Notes under the pieces: generated by a model | Seen by the model: only the letters and a program-made list of their open reading frames with translations | Databases searched by the model: none | Told to the model about the DNA's origin: nothing | Made by a program: the position numbers and the translations under genes | Shown: in pieces, positions 1-8,618 of the stretch | Layout of the letters: each line of letters opens with the position of its first letter | Numbering within the stretch: the stretch's first letter is position 1 | Assembly (NCBI GenBank): GCA_963725665.1 | Contig: CAVRZA010000004.1 | Span: forward strand, 416,001 to 480,000 | Origin: an uncultured Actinomycetes bacterium | GTDB taxonomy: Bacteria > Actinomycetota > Thermoleophilia > UBA2241 | DNA length: 64,000 nucleotides | Direction: 5' to 3'

Positions 1-633
1 GACGCCCGACAGGTTGCCGGCTTTGTCGCGCACCACCGGGACGCCGCCGCCGCCGCTGCAGACGATGATCACGCCGTCCTTGACCAGGTCCTTGATCACG
101 TCGCGCTCGACGATGCGCCTCGGGTCGGGGCTCGGCACGACGCGTCGCCAGCCTCGCCCCGCGTCCTCGCGCATCACCACACCCTTCTCGAGAGCGAGCT
201 CCTTGCCGCGCGCCTCCGAGTAGAAGGGTCCCACGGGCTTCGAGGGGGCCGCGAAGGCGGGGTCTGTGGGCGAGACCTCCACTTGGGTGAGCAGGGCGCA
301 GACCGGTACCTCGAGTCTGAGGCGGCGCAGGTGGTTGTCGAGGCTTTGCGCGAACAGGTAGCCGATCTGGCCCTGGCTCTCGGCACCGCAGACGTCCATC
401 GGCATGGGTGGGATCTGGGCGCTGGCGGCCTCGTTCTGGATGAGGAGGTTGCCCACCTGCGGCCCGTTGCCGTGGGTCATGACGACCTGCCAGCCGGCCG
501 CCACGAGGCGCGCGATGCGTCGCGCCGCGGCGTCGACGTTGACGAGCTGCTCTTCGAAGGTGCCGACCTGTCCGGGCTGCAGGATGGCGTTGCCGCCCAA
601 GGCGATGACGACGGTCTTCTTCTCAGCGCTCAA
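1..633 (-). CDS. arcC: Carbamate kinase (3' end beyond window)
   Basis: Manual translation from TTG 633: MSAEKKTVVIALGGNAILQPGQ...THGNGPQVG...MDVCGAESQGQIGY...KPVGPFY...GWRRVVPSP...SGGGGVPV; typical carbamate kinase motifs. Confidence 0.93.
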   Translation of the reverse strand, partial: MSAEKKTVVIALGGNAILQPGQVGTFEEQLVNVDAAARRIARLVAAGWQVVMTHGNGPQVGNLLIQNEAASAQIPPMPMDVCGAESQGQIGYLFAQSLDNHLRRLRLEVPVCALLTQVEVSPTDPAFAAPSKPVGPFYSEARGKELALEKGVVMREDAGRGWRRVVPSPDPRRIVERDVIKDLVKDGVIIVCSGGGGVPVVRDKAGNLSGV

Positions 634-819
634 CCTTGCTCCGTTGCCCGTGGTCGACACTCTGCGGGGGTGCGGCCGGCAGGAGGAGCCAGCCTATCAG
701 AATCGACACGTCCGTCGCCTCGCGACCGATTGCCCGGCTGTGTCCCGGGCCCACCTGCGGACCGGCTCTTCAGGCGGGCGGTGTCGTCCTTCGCTGTCCC
801 GCTGATCCCGGGCATCCGG

Positions 820-1833
820 CTAGCGCAGCAGCGCCTGGCCGATCTCATGCAGCCGGGGATCGGTCGGCAGCTCGTCGATGCCGATGAGCGCCAGCATGAG
901 CGCCTTCTGGAAGTGCATGCGGTTCCCGGCCTGTGGGAAGACGATCGACGCCTCGGAGTCGATCACCTCATCGGCGACCTCCTCGCCGCGCATGGCCGGC
1001 AGGCAGTGCATGAACCTGGCGCCGGGCTTCGTGTGGCTCCAGAACTCGGTGTTGACCTGGAAGGGCTTGAACGCCTTGACCCGGTCCTCGTACTCGGCCT
1101 CCTGGCCGGTCCACCACCAGCAGTCGGTGTAGATGAACTCGGCGCCGTCGATGGCCTCCAGCGGGTCGTTCGTGAGCAGGAACTCGCCACCGTTCTCCGC
1201 CGCCAACCGCCGCGCCGCCTCCGCGATCTCGGGCGCGATCTCGTAGCCGGGAGCGTTGCCGATGCGCACGTTCAGTCCCAGCTTGGTGAGCGTGGTGGCG
1301 AGGGAGTTGCAGGGGTGCGCCGCGTCGCCGACGTAGGCAAACGTGACGCCTGTCAGGCGCCCCGCGTTCTCGAGGATCGTCAGCGCGTCGCTCATCGACT
1401 GCGCCGGGTGGCGCTTCGCGTCCATGCCGTTGATGACCGGCACGGTGGCGTGCTTCGCAAGCTCCTCGATGGTCTCGTTCTTCTTGCAGCGTATCTCGAT
1501 CGCGTCGGAGAGGTAGGAGAGGGTGCGTGCCGTGTCGCCGATGGTCTCGCGGCCGGGCAGGTGGATCTCGCCGGGGCGCAGGTAGAGCGCGTTGCCGCCG
1601 AGCTCGGCGAAGCCGTTCTCGAAGCTGACGCGGGTGCGCGTCGAGGCGGCCTCGAAGATCATGCTCAGGTGCTTGCCGAGGAGGAAGGGCGTGTAGCGCA
1701 CCTCCCCGCGTAGCCTCTTGAGCGCTACGGCGAGCGCGAGCAGGTCGAGCAGCTCCTGCTTGCTGTAGTCGAGGTCGGTGACGTAGTCGCGTCCGCGGAG
1801 GGGGCGTAGTCCGGGAAGGCGCTGATCGCTCAT
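820..1833 (-). CDS. Putrescine/ornithine carbamoyltransferase family protein (closest in appearance to putrescine transcarbamylase)
   Basis: STRTRVSFE, HPAQ and FMHCLP motifs; N-terminal RDYVT and GEIHLPGRETIGDT resemble putrescine transcarbamylase; lacks the ornithine SMG loop (has TDCWWWTG); ATG at 1833. Confidence 0.85.
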   Translation of the reverse strand: MSDQRLPGLRPLRGRDYVTDLDYSKQELLDLLALAVALKRLRGEVRYTPFLLGKHLSMIFEAASTRTRVSFENGFAELGGNALYLRPGEIHLPGRETIGDTARTLSYLSDAIEIRCKKNETIEELAKHATVPVINGMDAKRHPAQSMSDALTILENAGRLTGVTFAYVGDAAHPCNSLATTLTKLGLNVRIGNAPGYEIAPEIAEAARRLAAENGGEFLLTNDPLEAIDGAEFIYTDCWWWTGQEAEYEDRVKAFKPFQVNTEFWSHTKPGARFMHCLPAMRGEEVADEVIDSEASIVFPQAGNRMHFQKALMLALIGIDELPTDPRLHEIGQALLR

Positions 1834-2001
1834 GCTGCAGGACCTCCAGCTCGTCGCACGGGTGCGCCGCCGTCCCTCGTCGCGGCGCTTCGGGTCACGC
1901 GGACACGAAGGGATCCCGCTGGGCGGAGCGATCGTGTCGCTTCTCCCCGGGAGCATTCGCCCTTGCGTCGCGCCCGTGGTCGCAGTGGTCCGCGGCGGGT
2001 C

Positions 2002-2021
2002 TTGACCGGACGGTCGGTCAA
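2002..2021. promoter_or_regulatory. Palindromic operator, probable TetR site 1
   Basis: TTGACCG-GACGGT-CGGTCAA perfect 7-bp inverted repeat in the divergent intergenic region. Confidence 0.7.
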
Positions 2022-2102
2022 CGGGGCAAAGCATAGAACGGTGTCTGGCGCGACGTCAACGACGCGTCGGGTCGTGCTCGGCACGTGGCCCGACGCAGCC
2101 TG

Positions 2103-2122
2103 TTGCCCGGACGGTCGGTCAA
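2103..2122. promoter_or_regulatory. Palindromic operator, probable TetR site 2
   Basis: TTGCCCGGACGGTCGGTCAA, 19/20 identical to site 1, just upstream of TAGAAT (2129-2134). Confidence 0.65.
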
Positions 2123-2172
2123 CGCGTGTAGAATGGCGTGGCTCGCCGCAGACCAGGACGACAGGAGGACGG

Positions 2173-2826
2173 GTGACCGCCAAAGGGCCGCGCGGTGAGT
2201 CGGAGCCGCGGAGGATCTCGCTCGATGACCCCATGGCGACGCTCCCTTCCACGGCGCAGCGCATCCTCGCCGCGGCGCGCGGACTGCTCGAGGTGGACGG
2301 CTTCAGCGCCCTGCGGCTGCAGGCGATCTCGCGGGCGTCTGGCGAGCCAAAGGCGAGCATCGCGTACTACTTCGGCAACAAAGCTGGCCTCGTCGAAGCG
2401 CTCGTCGACTCGTTGATCCACGACGCCAACCTGGCGCTCATCACCGAGACCGAGTTGCTCCCGCTGGGGCAGGAGCGCGTTCATGCGCTCGTCGACGGCG
2501 AGACGCGCATCGTGGCGGACAGCGAGTCGTTTCGCGCCTTCTTCGACGTGCTTCCGCACGTGCTACGCGACGACCGTCTGCGGCCGCGCGTCGCCCGGCT
2601 CTACGACGGCTACCGGGAGACTGTGCTGCGCTGCCTGGGTGCCGGCACCCAGGCAGCGCAGCACAGTCTCCTCCCGCTGGCCATGCTGATGATCGCCATC
2701 GTCGACGGACTGGCCGTCCAGAGAGAGCTCGATCCCGAGCGCGTCGACGTGGCGTCGGCCACGCGGCTCTGGGAGGAGATGATGCAGACGTTCATGGCGC
2801 GCAAGGAGGAGGAGGAATCTCTATGA
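2173..2826 (+). CDS. TetR/AcrR family transcriptional regulator
   Basis: RILAAARGLLEVDGF...ASIAYYFGNKAGL HTH; AGGAGG RBS before GTG 2173; the last codons are supplied by the IS end. Confidence 0.9.
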   Translation: MTAKGPRGESEPRRISLDDPMATLPSTAQRILAAARGLLEVDGFSALRLQAISRASGEPKASIAYYFGNKAGLVEALVDSLIHDANLALITETELLPLGQERVHALVDGETRIVADSESFRAFFDVLPHVLRDDRLRPRVARLYDGYRETVLRCLGAGTQAAQHSLLPLAMLMIAIVDGLAVQRELDPERVDVASATRLWEEMMQTFMARKEEEESL

Positions 2827-4247
2827 CGATGTCAAGCCGCCGCGGCGGACCTGAACATCGTCTCGTCGCGAAGCATCGCCCAGATGACGTTCACCCGCCG
2901 CCGGGCAAGCGCGATCACGGCTTGGTGATGGCGCTTGCCCTCGGCCCGCTTGCGGTCGTAGAAGGCGCGCGAGGGCGGGCTGCGCAGACTGGCGAAGGCG
3001 GATTGGTAGAAGACCCGCTTAAGGACCTTGTTGCCCCCCTGCATACGGCGCACGTTGCCGCTTCGTTTGCCCGAGTCGCGGGCCACCGGGATGAGGCCGG
3101 CGTAGGCGGCCAGGTGGTCGGCGGAGGCGAAGCTGCTCAGCTCGCCCACCGCCACCAGGAACTCAGCGCCCAGGCGGGGGCCCATGCCCGGCAGGCTCAC
3201 CAGGATCTCCGCCTGGGGGTGGGAGAAAAAACGCCGCTCGAGCTCCTGGTCGAGCCGCGCCAGGCGCTCCTTTGTGGCCAGCACCTCGCTCGCCAGGTCG
3301 GCGACGATCGCGGCGCTCACCTCCTCGGCGGGCAGAGAAACGCTCTGGGCGCCCGCCGCCTTAAGGGCGCTCTCGGCCAGCTTGGCCGCTCCCCGGCAGC
3401 CGCGGGCGCGCAGGTAGGCCTCCAGGCGGCGGGCGCCGGCGCGGCGTACCTCGACCGGCGTGCGGTAGCGCTGCACGAGGAGCAGGGCGCCCTTGGTGGT
3501 GAGGTCCAGGGCGCGCTCCAGGCCGGGGAAGACGCCCACCAGCGCCGCGCGCAGGCGGGTGACGGCCCGTGTCTGGTCTTGAACCAGGTCGCGCCGCCGC
3601 GAGGTCAGCAGGGCCAGCTCGGCCAGCACCGCCTCGCTGGGGCGCAGCTCGGAAAGGTCACGGCGCGTGCGTGCCTGTTCGGCGATGATGCGCGCATCGC
3701 GGGCGTCGGTCTTGGCCTCTCCCCGGTAGGCGTCGCGGGAGCGGTTCACGGCCACGCCCGGCAGGTAGAGCACGCGCTCCTCGCCGCTCCACAGCACGGC
3801 CAGGGCGAGGGCGGCGACGCCGCCGGGGATGTCGAGAGCCCAGGTCGTCTGGCCGGCCTGAGCTCTGGCCTCGGCGATCAGCCGCCGCAGCTCGTCCTCG
3901 TCGTTCTCCACCCGGCGAGAGAAGACGAGGCGTCCCTCCTCATCGATCGCCGCCGCCCAGTGGAAGTCCTTGCCCGCGTCGATGCCCACCCACAGCCCAG
4001 CCATGGCCACCTCCTCGCTTCCGCCGACCCCTTGCCCGTGGAGCACCCCGCCGGCACCTCCCTACACAGCGATCGCTCGCCGATCTCTATCAGCGGTCAG
4101 GGCGTCCAAAGGGGCCGAGGGGCCATTCCTCCCGAGCCATGCGAGCGGCAGAGACATGACAGCCATCCTCGACCCTTCTGGGCGTCCCGGACGCTACCGC
4201 AAAGAGGGCTCACAGCAAAGAATCCGTACGCCACAGGAGAAAGGTAG
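2823..4247 (+). CDS. Element-long antisense ORF, equivalent to the IS900 hed ORF
   Basis: 474-codon ORF starting 6 nt after the host GGAGGAGGA RBS and ending 6 nt before the downstream gene start; translation not demonstrated. Confidence 0.45.
   Translation: MTMSSRRGGPEHRLVAKHRPDDVHPPPGKRDHGLVMALALGPLAVVEGARGRAAQTGEGGLVEDPLKDLVAPLHTAHVAASFARVAGHRDEAGVGGQVVGGGEAAQLAHRHQELSAQAGAHARQAHQDLRLGVGEKTPLELLVEPRQALLCGQHLARQVGDDRGAHLLGGQRNALGARRLKGALGQLGRSPAAAGAQVGLQAAGAGAAYLDRRAVALHEEQGALGGEVQGALQAGEDAHQRRAQAGDGPCLVLNQVAPPRGQQGQLGQHRLAGAQLGKVTARACLFGDDARIAGVGLGLSPVGVAGAVHGHARQVEHALLAAPQHGQGEGGDAAGDVESPGRLAGLSSGLGDQPPQLVLVVLHPAREDEASLLIDRRRPVEVLARVDAHPQPSHGHLLASADPLPVEHPAGTSLHSDRSPISISGQGVQRGRGAIPPEPCERQRHDSHPRPFWASRTLPQRGLTAKNPYATGER
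2832..4004 (-). CDS. IS110 transposase/recombinase (DEDD RuvC-like + Tnp20 domain)
   Basis: VGIDAGK, AKTDARDA, SLPGMG, LAAYAGL-P--RDSG, ALARRR motifs; GAGGAGG RBS upstream of ATG 4004. Confidence 0.95.
   Translation of the reverse strand: MAGLWVGIDAGKDFHWAAAIDEEGRLVFSRRVENDEDELRRLIAEARAQAGQTTWALDIPGGVAALALAVLWSGEERVLYLPGVAVNRSRDAYRGEAKTDARDARIIAEQARTRRDLSELRPSEAVLAELALLTSRRRDLVQDQTRAVTRLRAALVGVFPGLERALDLTTKGALLLVQRYRTPVEVRRAGARRLEAYLRARGCRGAAKLAESALKAAGAQSVSLPAEEVSAAIVADLASEVLATKERLARLDQELERRFFSHPQAEILVSLPGMGPRLGAEFLVAVGELSSFASADHLAAYAGLIPVARDSGKRSGNVRRMQGGNKVLKRVFYQSAFASLRSPPSRAFYDRKRAEGKRHHQAVIALARRRVNVIWAMLRDETMFRSAAAA
4010..4235 (-). ncRNA. Predicted IS110 bridge RNA (left-end non-coding region)
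   Basis: Four segments in the canonical order match target and donor: 4151-4159, 4127-4133, 4083-4090, 4059-4065; boundaries approximate. Confidence 0.65.
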
Positions 4248-4253
4248 GGAGGC

Positions 4254-5267
4254 GTGAAGGCGGCGGTCGTATGGGACCCGGCCTACCTGGAGCACGAGAT
4301 GGGTGGGCACCCGGAGGGAGCCGACAGGCTCTCGCACATCCTCGGCTACCTCGAGGCGAGCGATCTCTGGGCCCGTCTTACGGTGGTGAGCCCGCACGCG
4401 GCGACCATCGACGACCTGCTCGCGGTCCACACGCGCGCCTACGTCGAGATCGTCCGTCAGGCCGCCGCGAGCGGCGGCCGCTGGCTCGACCCCGACACCT
4501 ACGTCTCCCCGCGCAGCTTCGACATCGCCCTGCTGGCCGCCGGAGGAGCGCTCGACGCACTGGGCGGCTTCGAGCTCGGGGAGGCCCGCTTCGCGCTCGT
4601 GCGCCCGCCGGGCCATCACGCGCTCCCCGACCGCGCCATGGGGTTCTGCCTCTTCAACAACATCGCCATCGCCGCGCACCGGCTGCTGGCCGAAGGCCTC
4701 GAGCGCATCGCCATCGTGGACTGGGACGTGCACCACGGCAACGGCACGCAGGCCACCTTCATCGACGAGCCGCGGGTGCTCTTCTTCTCGCTGCACCAGT
4801 GGCCGCTCTACCCGGGCAGTGGGTGGTTCGACGAGTGTGGCGTGGGTGAGGGGGAGGGCTACACCGTCAACGTCCCGCTGCCTCCGGGGAGCCACGACGG
4901 CGACTATGCGAGGGCCTTCGACGAGATCGTCGGACCGATCGTCGATCTCTACCGGCCTCAGGCCGTGCTCGTCTCCGCCGGACAGGATCCGCATGCCGAC
5001 GACCCCTTGGCCAGCATGTCGCTCACCGAGGGCGGGTTCGCCCGGCTGGCCCGTCGCGTGCAGGAGCTCGCGCAGCGCCACTGCGAGGGCCGCCTGGCGC
5101 TGACCCTTGAGGGCGGCTACGAGCGCACAGCGACGGCGCACTCCGTGGCCGCCATCTTGCGCGCGCTTCTCGATGAGGATGCACCTGAGGTGGGGGGCGA
5201 GTCGGGTCGCGCCGCCGCCGCTATCGAGCAGGCCCTCAGCGTGCAGCGGGCCTACTGGGAGGTCTAG
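4254..5267 (+). CDS. Histone deacetylase family protein (possible acetylpolyamine deacetylase)
   Basis: GHPE, RPPGHHA, GFCLFNN, DWDVHHGNGT, SAGQD, LEGGY motifs. Confidence 0.93.
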   Translation: MKAAVVWDPAYLEHEMGGHPEGADRLSHILGYLEASDLWARLTVVSPHAATIDDLLAVHTRAYVEIVRQAAASGGRWLDPDTYVSPRSFDIALLAAGGALDALGGFELGEARFALVRPPGHHALPDRAMGFCLFNNIAIAAHRLLAEGLERIAIVDWDVHHGNGTQATFIDEPRVLFFSLHQWPLYPGSGWFDECGVGEGEGYTVNVPLPPGSHDGDYARAFDEIVGPIVDLYRPQAVLVSAGQDPHADDPLASMSLTEGGFARLARRVQELAQRHCEGRLALTLEGGYERTATAHSVAAILRALLDEDAPEVGGESGRAAAAIEQALSVQRAYWEV

Positions 5268-5317
5268 ACGCGACGCGCGCCGGCGCGCCCTCGGGCGCGG
5301 CGACGCGCGTCGCGTCT
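5266..5317. terminator. GC-rich hairpin between convergent genes
   Basis: AGACGCGACGCGCG ... CGCGCGTCGCGTCT inverted repeat. Confidence 0.55.
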
Positions 5318-5351
5318 GCCGGGCCGCATCGCCACGCCCGGAGGCTCGCTT

Positions 5352-6386
5352 TCAGTACTCGACGTCCTCGGCAGTGACGCGGCCCGCGAAGACGCGGTTC
5401 ACGTAGACGGAGTAGGCGATGACCACAGGTACGGCGATCACCGCCACCACTAGCATCAGCACCTGCGTCAGGTGCCCGGAGGCCGCGTTCGAGACCGTGA
5501 CGGCCAGGTCCTTGCTGGCGTCCGAGCGGATCAGCGCGGGATACATGCCGGCCGCGGCGACACCGATGAGCCCGCCGATTGCGATCACCGTGCCGAGAAA
5601 GGCCCGCCAGTCGTTCCCGGTCAGCATGGCCCAGCGGGCGTAGCCGAGGCCGCCGATCAGCACGACCAGCATGAGCCAGCCGGCGGGCCCACCCAGGCCG
5701 TTGCTGAGCTGCTCTTTGGCGACGCTGTTGACGGAGGTAGCCGCCGTGACGACCACGAAGAGCACTACGAAGACGATCTGCATCACCGAGCGCGCCGCGG
5801 CCGTACGTCTCTGGAGGGCTCCTTCAGTCTTCAATGCCGCCCACGATGCCCCCACCATCAGGAACATGGCGAGACCCGTGAGGCCCACGAGCAGCGTGTA
5901 AGGGGTGATGAGGGCGAAGAGCGAGGAGCTCGTGACGTGTGGTCCGCCCCTGCCGGCACGTAGCCCTATCCCCTCGATCAGGTTGCCGACAGCGACGCCG
6001 AAGAGCAGCGCCGGGAGAAGGCTGCCGAGGAAGAACGCCACGTCGAAGACGAATCGCCAGGGGTCTGCTCCGTGGCTGCGGAACTCGAGCGACACGGCGC
6101 GCAGGATCAGGCCGAAGAGGACGAGCATGATGGCGAGGTAGAACGCGCTCATAGCGTTGGCATAGGCGAGGGGGAAGGCGCCGAAGAGGGCGCCCCCGGC
6201 CACGAGGAGCCACACCTCGTTGCCGTCCCAGAGCGGACCTATCGACTGTCGCAGTAGACGCCGTTCCTCTTCGTTGCGCGTGAGGAACGGATAGAGGACC
6301 CCGATGCCCAGGTCGTAGCCGTCGGTAACGGCGTAGATGGCGAGCAACAGGCCGACGAGCAGGAACCAGATCCATTGGAGGCTCAT
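5352..6386 (-). CDS. cydB: Cytochrome bd oxidase subunit II
   Basis: DGYDLGIG, WDGNEVWL, AFPLAY, LILRAVSLEFR motifs. Confidence 0.95.
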   Translation of the reverse strand: MSLQWIWFLLVGLLLAIYAVTDGYDLGIGVLYPFLTRNEEERRLLRQSIGPLWDGNEVWLLVAGGALFGAFPLAYANAMSAFYLAIMLVLFGLILRAVSLEFRSHGADPWRFVFDVAFFLGSLLPALLFGVAVGNLIEGIGLRAGRGGPHVTSSSLFALITPYTLLVGLTGLAMFLMVGASWAALKTEGALQRRTAAARSVMQIVFVVLFVVVTAATSVNSVAKEQLSNGLGGPAGWLMLVVLIGGLGYARWAMLTGNDWRAFLGTVIAIGGLIGVAAAGMYPALIRSDASKDLAVTVSNAASGHLTQVLMLVVAVIAVPVVIAYSVYVNRVFAGRVTAEDVEY

Positions 6387-6390
6387 CTCA

Positions 6391-7755
6391 TCACCTCCCC
6401 TGCGCGCCGGCGGCGGCGACACTGCCGCCGCTCTGCGGCAGCTCGACGGGGACGCGTTCGGGACCCTTCAAGACGAAGCTCGTCATGACCCACGCCCAGG
6501 CGATGAACAGCAGCGCGTAGATCATGGCGAACAGGGCCAGGCTGGCCGCCACTTGCCAGGCCGTCACCGTTGGCGAGGCGCCCGCGGACGTGCGCATAAG
6601 GTCGTAGACGACCCAGGGCTGGCGGCCCACCTCGGCCGTGATCCAGCCGAGCATTATGGCCGCCCACGGCAGGGGCACGGCGATCACCATGATCCACAGG
6701 AACCAGCGGTGGTAGGCGAGCCGGCGTCGCCACAGAAGCCACGCCGCGATGAGCATGATGAGGACGAAAAGCATGCCGAGACCGACCATCAGGTGCCACG
6801 ACTGGAAGACGATCTCGATGGGTGGCCAGTCCCTTTGCGGAAAACGGTCGAGGCCGGTCACGACGGCGTTCGGATCGCGGTCCGCGAGCAGGCTCAGACC
6901 CTTCGGGATCGAGGGGCCGTAGACCTTCTGGCCGTTGATGTCGACGATGCCGAACAAGTAGAGCGGCGCCCCTGCCTTCGTCTCGAAGAGGCCCTCCATG
7001 GCCGCCAGTTTGGCCGGCTGGTGGGCGACCACGACACGGGCGCTCCAGTCACCGATGATGGGGAGCATCACCGCCGAGATCAGCCCCACGGCGATCGCCG
7101 ACGGCAGGGCGCGGTGGGCGAACTGCAGGTGGCGCCCCTTGAGGATGTAGTAGGCGCTGATCGACATGACGACGAAGGCGCCCAGCAGCCAGGCCGCCAG
7201 CACGGTGTGCAGCACGCGCGGGACGGTGGAGTAGTTGATGAGAGCCGCCCACACGTTCGAGAGCTCCGCACGGCCGTCGACGATCTTGTAGCCGGCCGGC
7301 GTCTGCTGCCACGAGTTAGCGATCAGGATCCACACGGCGGACAGGTGGGCGCCGCTGGCGACGAGCCAGGCGGAGAGGTAGTAGAACCTCTTCGAGACGC
7401 GCTTGCGGCCGAAGATGAGGACGCCCATGAAGGTGGACTCGAGGAAGAAGGCGAGCAGTCCCTCGATCGCGAGCGGGGCGCCGAAGACGCCGCCGACGAA
7501 GGTCGAGTAGTTGGACCAGTTGGTGCCGAACGCGAACTCCATGGGCACGCCTGTGGCGACGCCGATGGCCACGTTGACGACGAAGAGCTTGAGCCAGAAC
7601 GTCGCCGCCTGCTTGTCGACCTCGAGGCCGCTCCTGTAGTAGCGACGCTCGGCGAGGACCAGCAGCAAGGAGAGTCCGATGGTCAACGGCGCGAAGATGA
7701 AATGGAAGCCGATCGTGAACGCGAACTGCAGCCGGTCCAGCAAGAGTGCGCTCAT
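6391..7755 (-). CDS. cydA: Cytochrome bd oxidase subunit I
   Basis: RLQFAFTIGFHFIF, FGTNW, FFLESTF, ANSWQQTP, QPAKLAAME, EVGRQPW motifs; ATG at 7755. Confidence 0.95.
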   Translation of the reverse strand: MSALLLDRLQFAFTIGFHFIFAPLTIGLSLLLVLAERRYYRSGLEVDKQAATFWLKLFVVNVAIGVATGVPMEFAFGTNWSNYSTFVGGVFGAPLAIEGLLAFFLESTFMGVLIFGRKRVSKRFYYLSAWLVASGAHLSAVWILIANSWQQTPAGYKIVDGRAELSNVWAALINYSTVPRVLHTVLAAWLLGAFVVMSISAYYILKGRHLQFAHRALPSAIAVGLISAVMLPIIGDWSARVVVAHQPAKLAAMEGLFETKAGAPLYLFGIVDINGQKVYGPSIPKGLSLLADRDPNAVVTGLDRFPQRDWPPIEIVFQSWHLMVGLGMLFVLIMLIAAWLLWRRRLAYHRWFLWIMVIAVPLPWAAIMLGWITAEVGRQPWVVYDLMRTSAGASPTVTAWQVAASLALFAMIYALLFIAWAWVMTSFVLKGPERVPVELPQSGGSVAAAGAQGR

Positions 7756-8181
7756 GAAGGTGGCGTGACCTCCCGGTAGAGATGGTGGGACGATAGCCGG
7801 CTGGGCCGGCGGCTGTTCTCGATGAGGGCCTCCTTTCGCTGTCGGCTCGCCGCGTAGCGCGGTCGCCGCTCGCAAGCGACGCGAGATCTCGCCTGCGTAC
7901 CCCGCGGTATTACACCGGCCGCGTCGGCGGGCCGTCAATGTTTGGCCTCCGACGAGGACGGGTGGCGGCGCGCGCGACCTCGCGGCGCGCGCCGCCGCCC
8001 GCCCCGACAACGAGCATCGCCGACGGCGTCTAAAGAACGGTGACGGGCGGACCGAGTAGAGAGGGTAGATGCCCTGCGGCAGCGGCGCAACGTCACTCTG
8101 GTCGCTGATGCCCAACGTGTGCTACCATGCGTATCAGGGCCGGCCGGATGCCGGCTTTCGTGTTCTGGAGGTCGAGAGACG

Positions 8182-8538
8182 GTGCAGGTCGACGGAGTCC
8201 TCGAGTGCCACGAGTGCTCGATCGTCTGTGAGAAGGTGGTCTATCCGGCGGAGTGCCTGGCCGGCAACTGCCGCTACGTGTATGCGTTCCGCGAGGAAGG
8301 CCGCGTCTACTTCGGCTGCATCGAGAAGGTCTTCGTACACGAGATCGACCTTGAATCGTTTCACGACATCGAGCGCACCAAGGGCGGCTTCGGCGTCGTC
8401 AAGGCGTCGCGCCAGCCGCTCGAGTCGTGCTCCGTCGCCGTGCAGAGCTGCTACCAGTGCGCCGACAGCCCTCTCTGCCGCAACCTGTACTTCCGCAAGC
8501 GCGAACGGCGCGAGATCGAGGCGCTCGGCGAGGGTTAG
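8182..8538 (+). CDS. Small cysteine-rich hypothetical protein
   Basis: GGAGG RBS, GTG start; CHECSIVC, C-x4-C, GC, CSVAVQSCYQC, C; coding-like codon usage. Confidence 0.7.
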   Translation: MQVDGVLECHECSIVCEKVVYPAECLAGNCRYVYAFREEGRVYFGCIEKVFVHEIDLESFHDIERTKGGFGVVKASRQPLESCSVAVQSCYQCADSPLCRNLYFRKRERREIEALGEG

Positions 8539-8618
8539 GCCGGGGCCATGCTCGGCGCCGCGAGTGGGTCGGGGCCGGGGGTGGTACACTAGAGGAGCAG
8601 CGATCGGGCTGTCCTAGT

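Larger units (their letters stand above)
2817..4250 (-). mobile_element. IS110-family insertion sequence, IS900/IS116-like
   Basis: Minus-strand ends TCCCTACCTTTC... and ...TTGACATCGTCATAGAGAT resemble IS900 ends; no terminal inverted repeats; GGA core at both junctions (2814-2816, 4248-4250); excision restores ...GAG GAG GCG TGA overlapping the GTG of the next gene. Confidence 0.88.

Noticed and set aside
283-1713. 476-aa plus-strand ORF, and similar long antisense ORFs (6337-7779, 9999-12596, 21964-23346, 55352-57136, 61012-62445)
   Set aside because: Shadow frames of well-supported genes in high-GC DNA; no motifs or RBS
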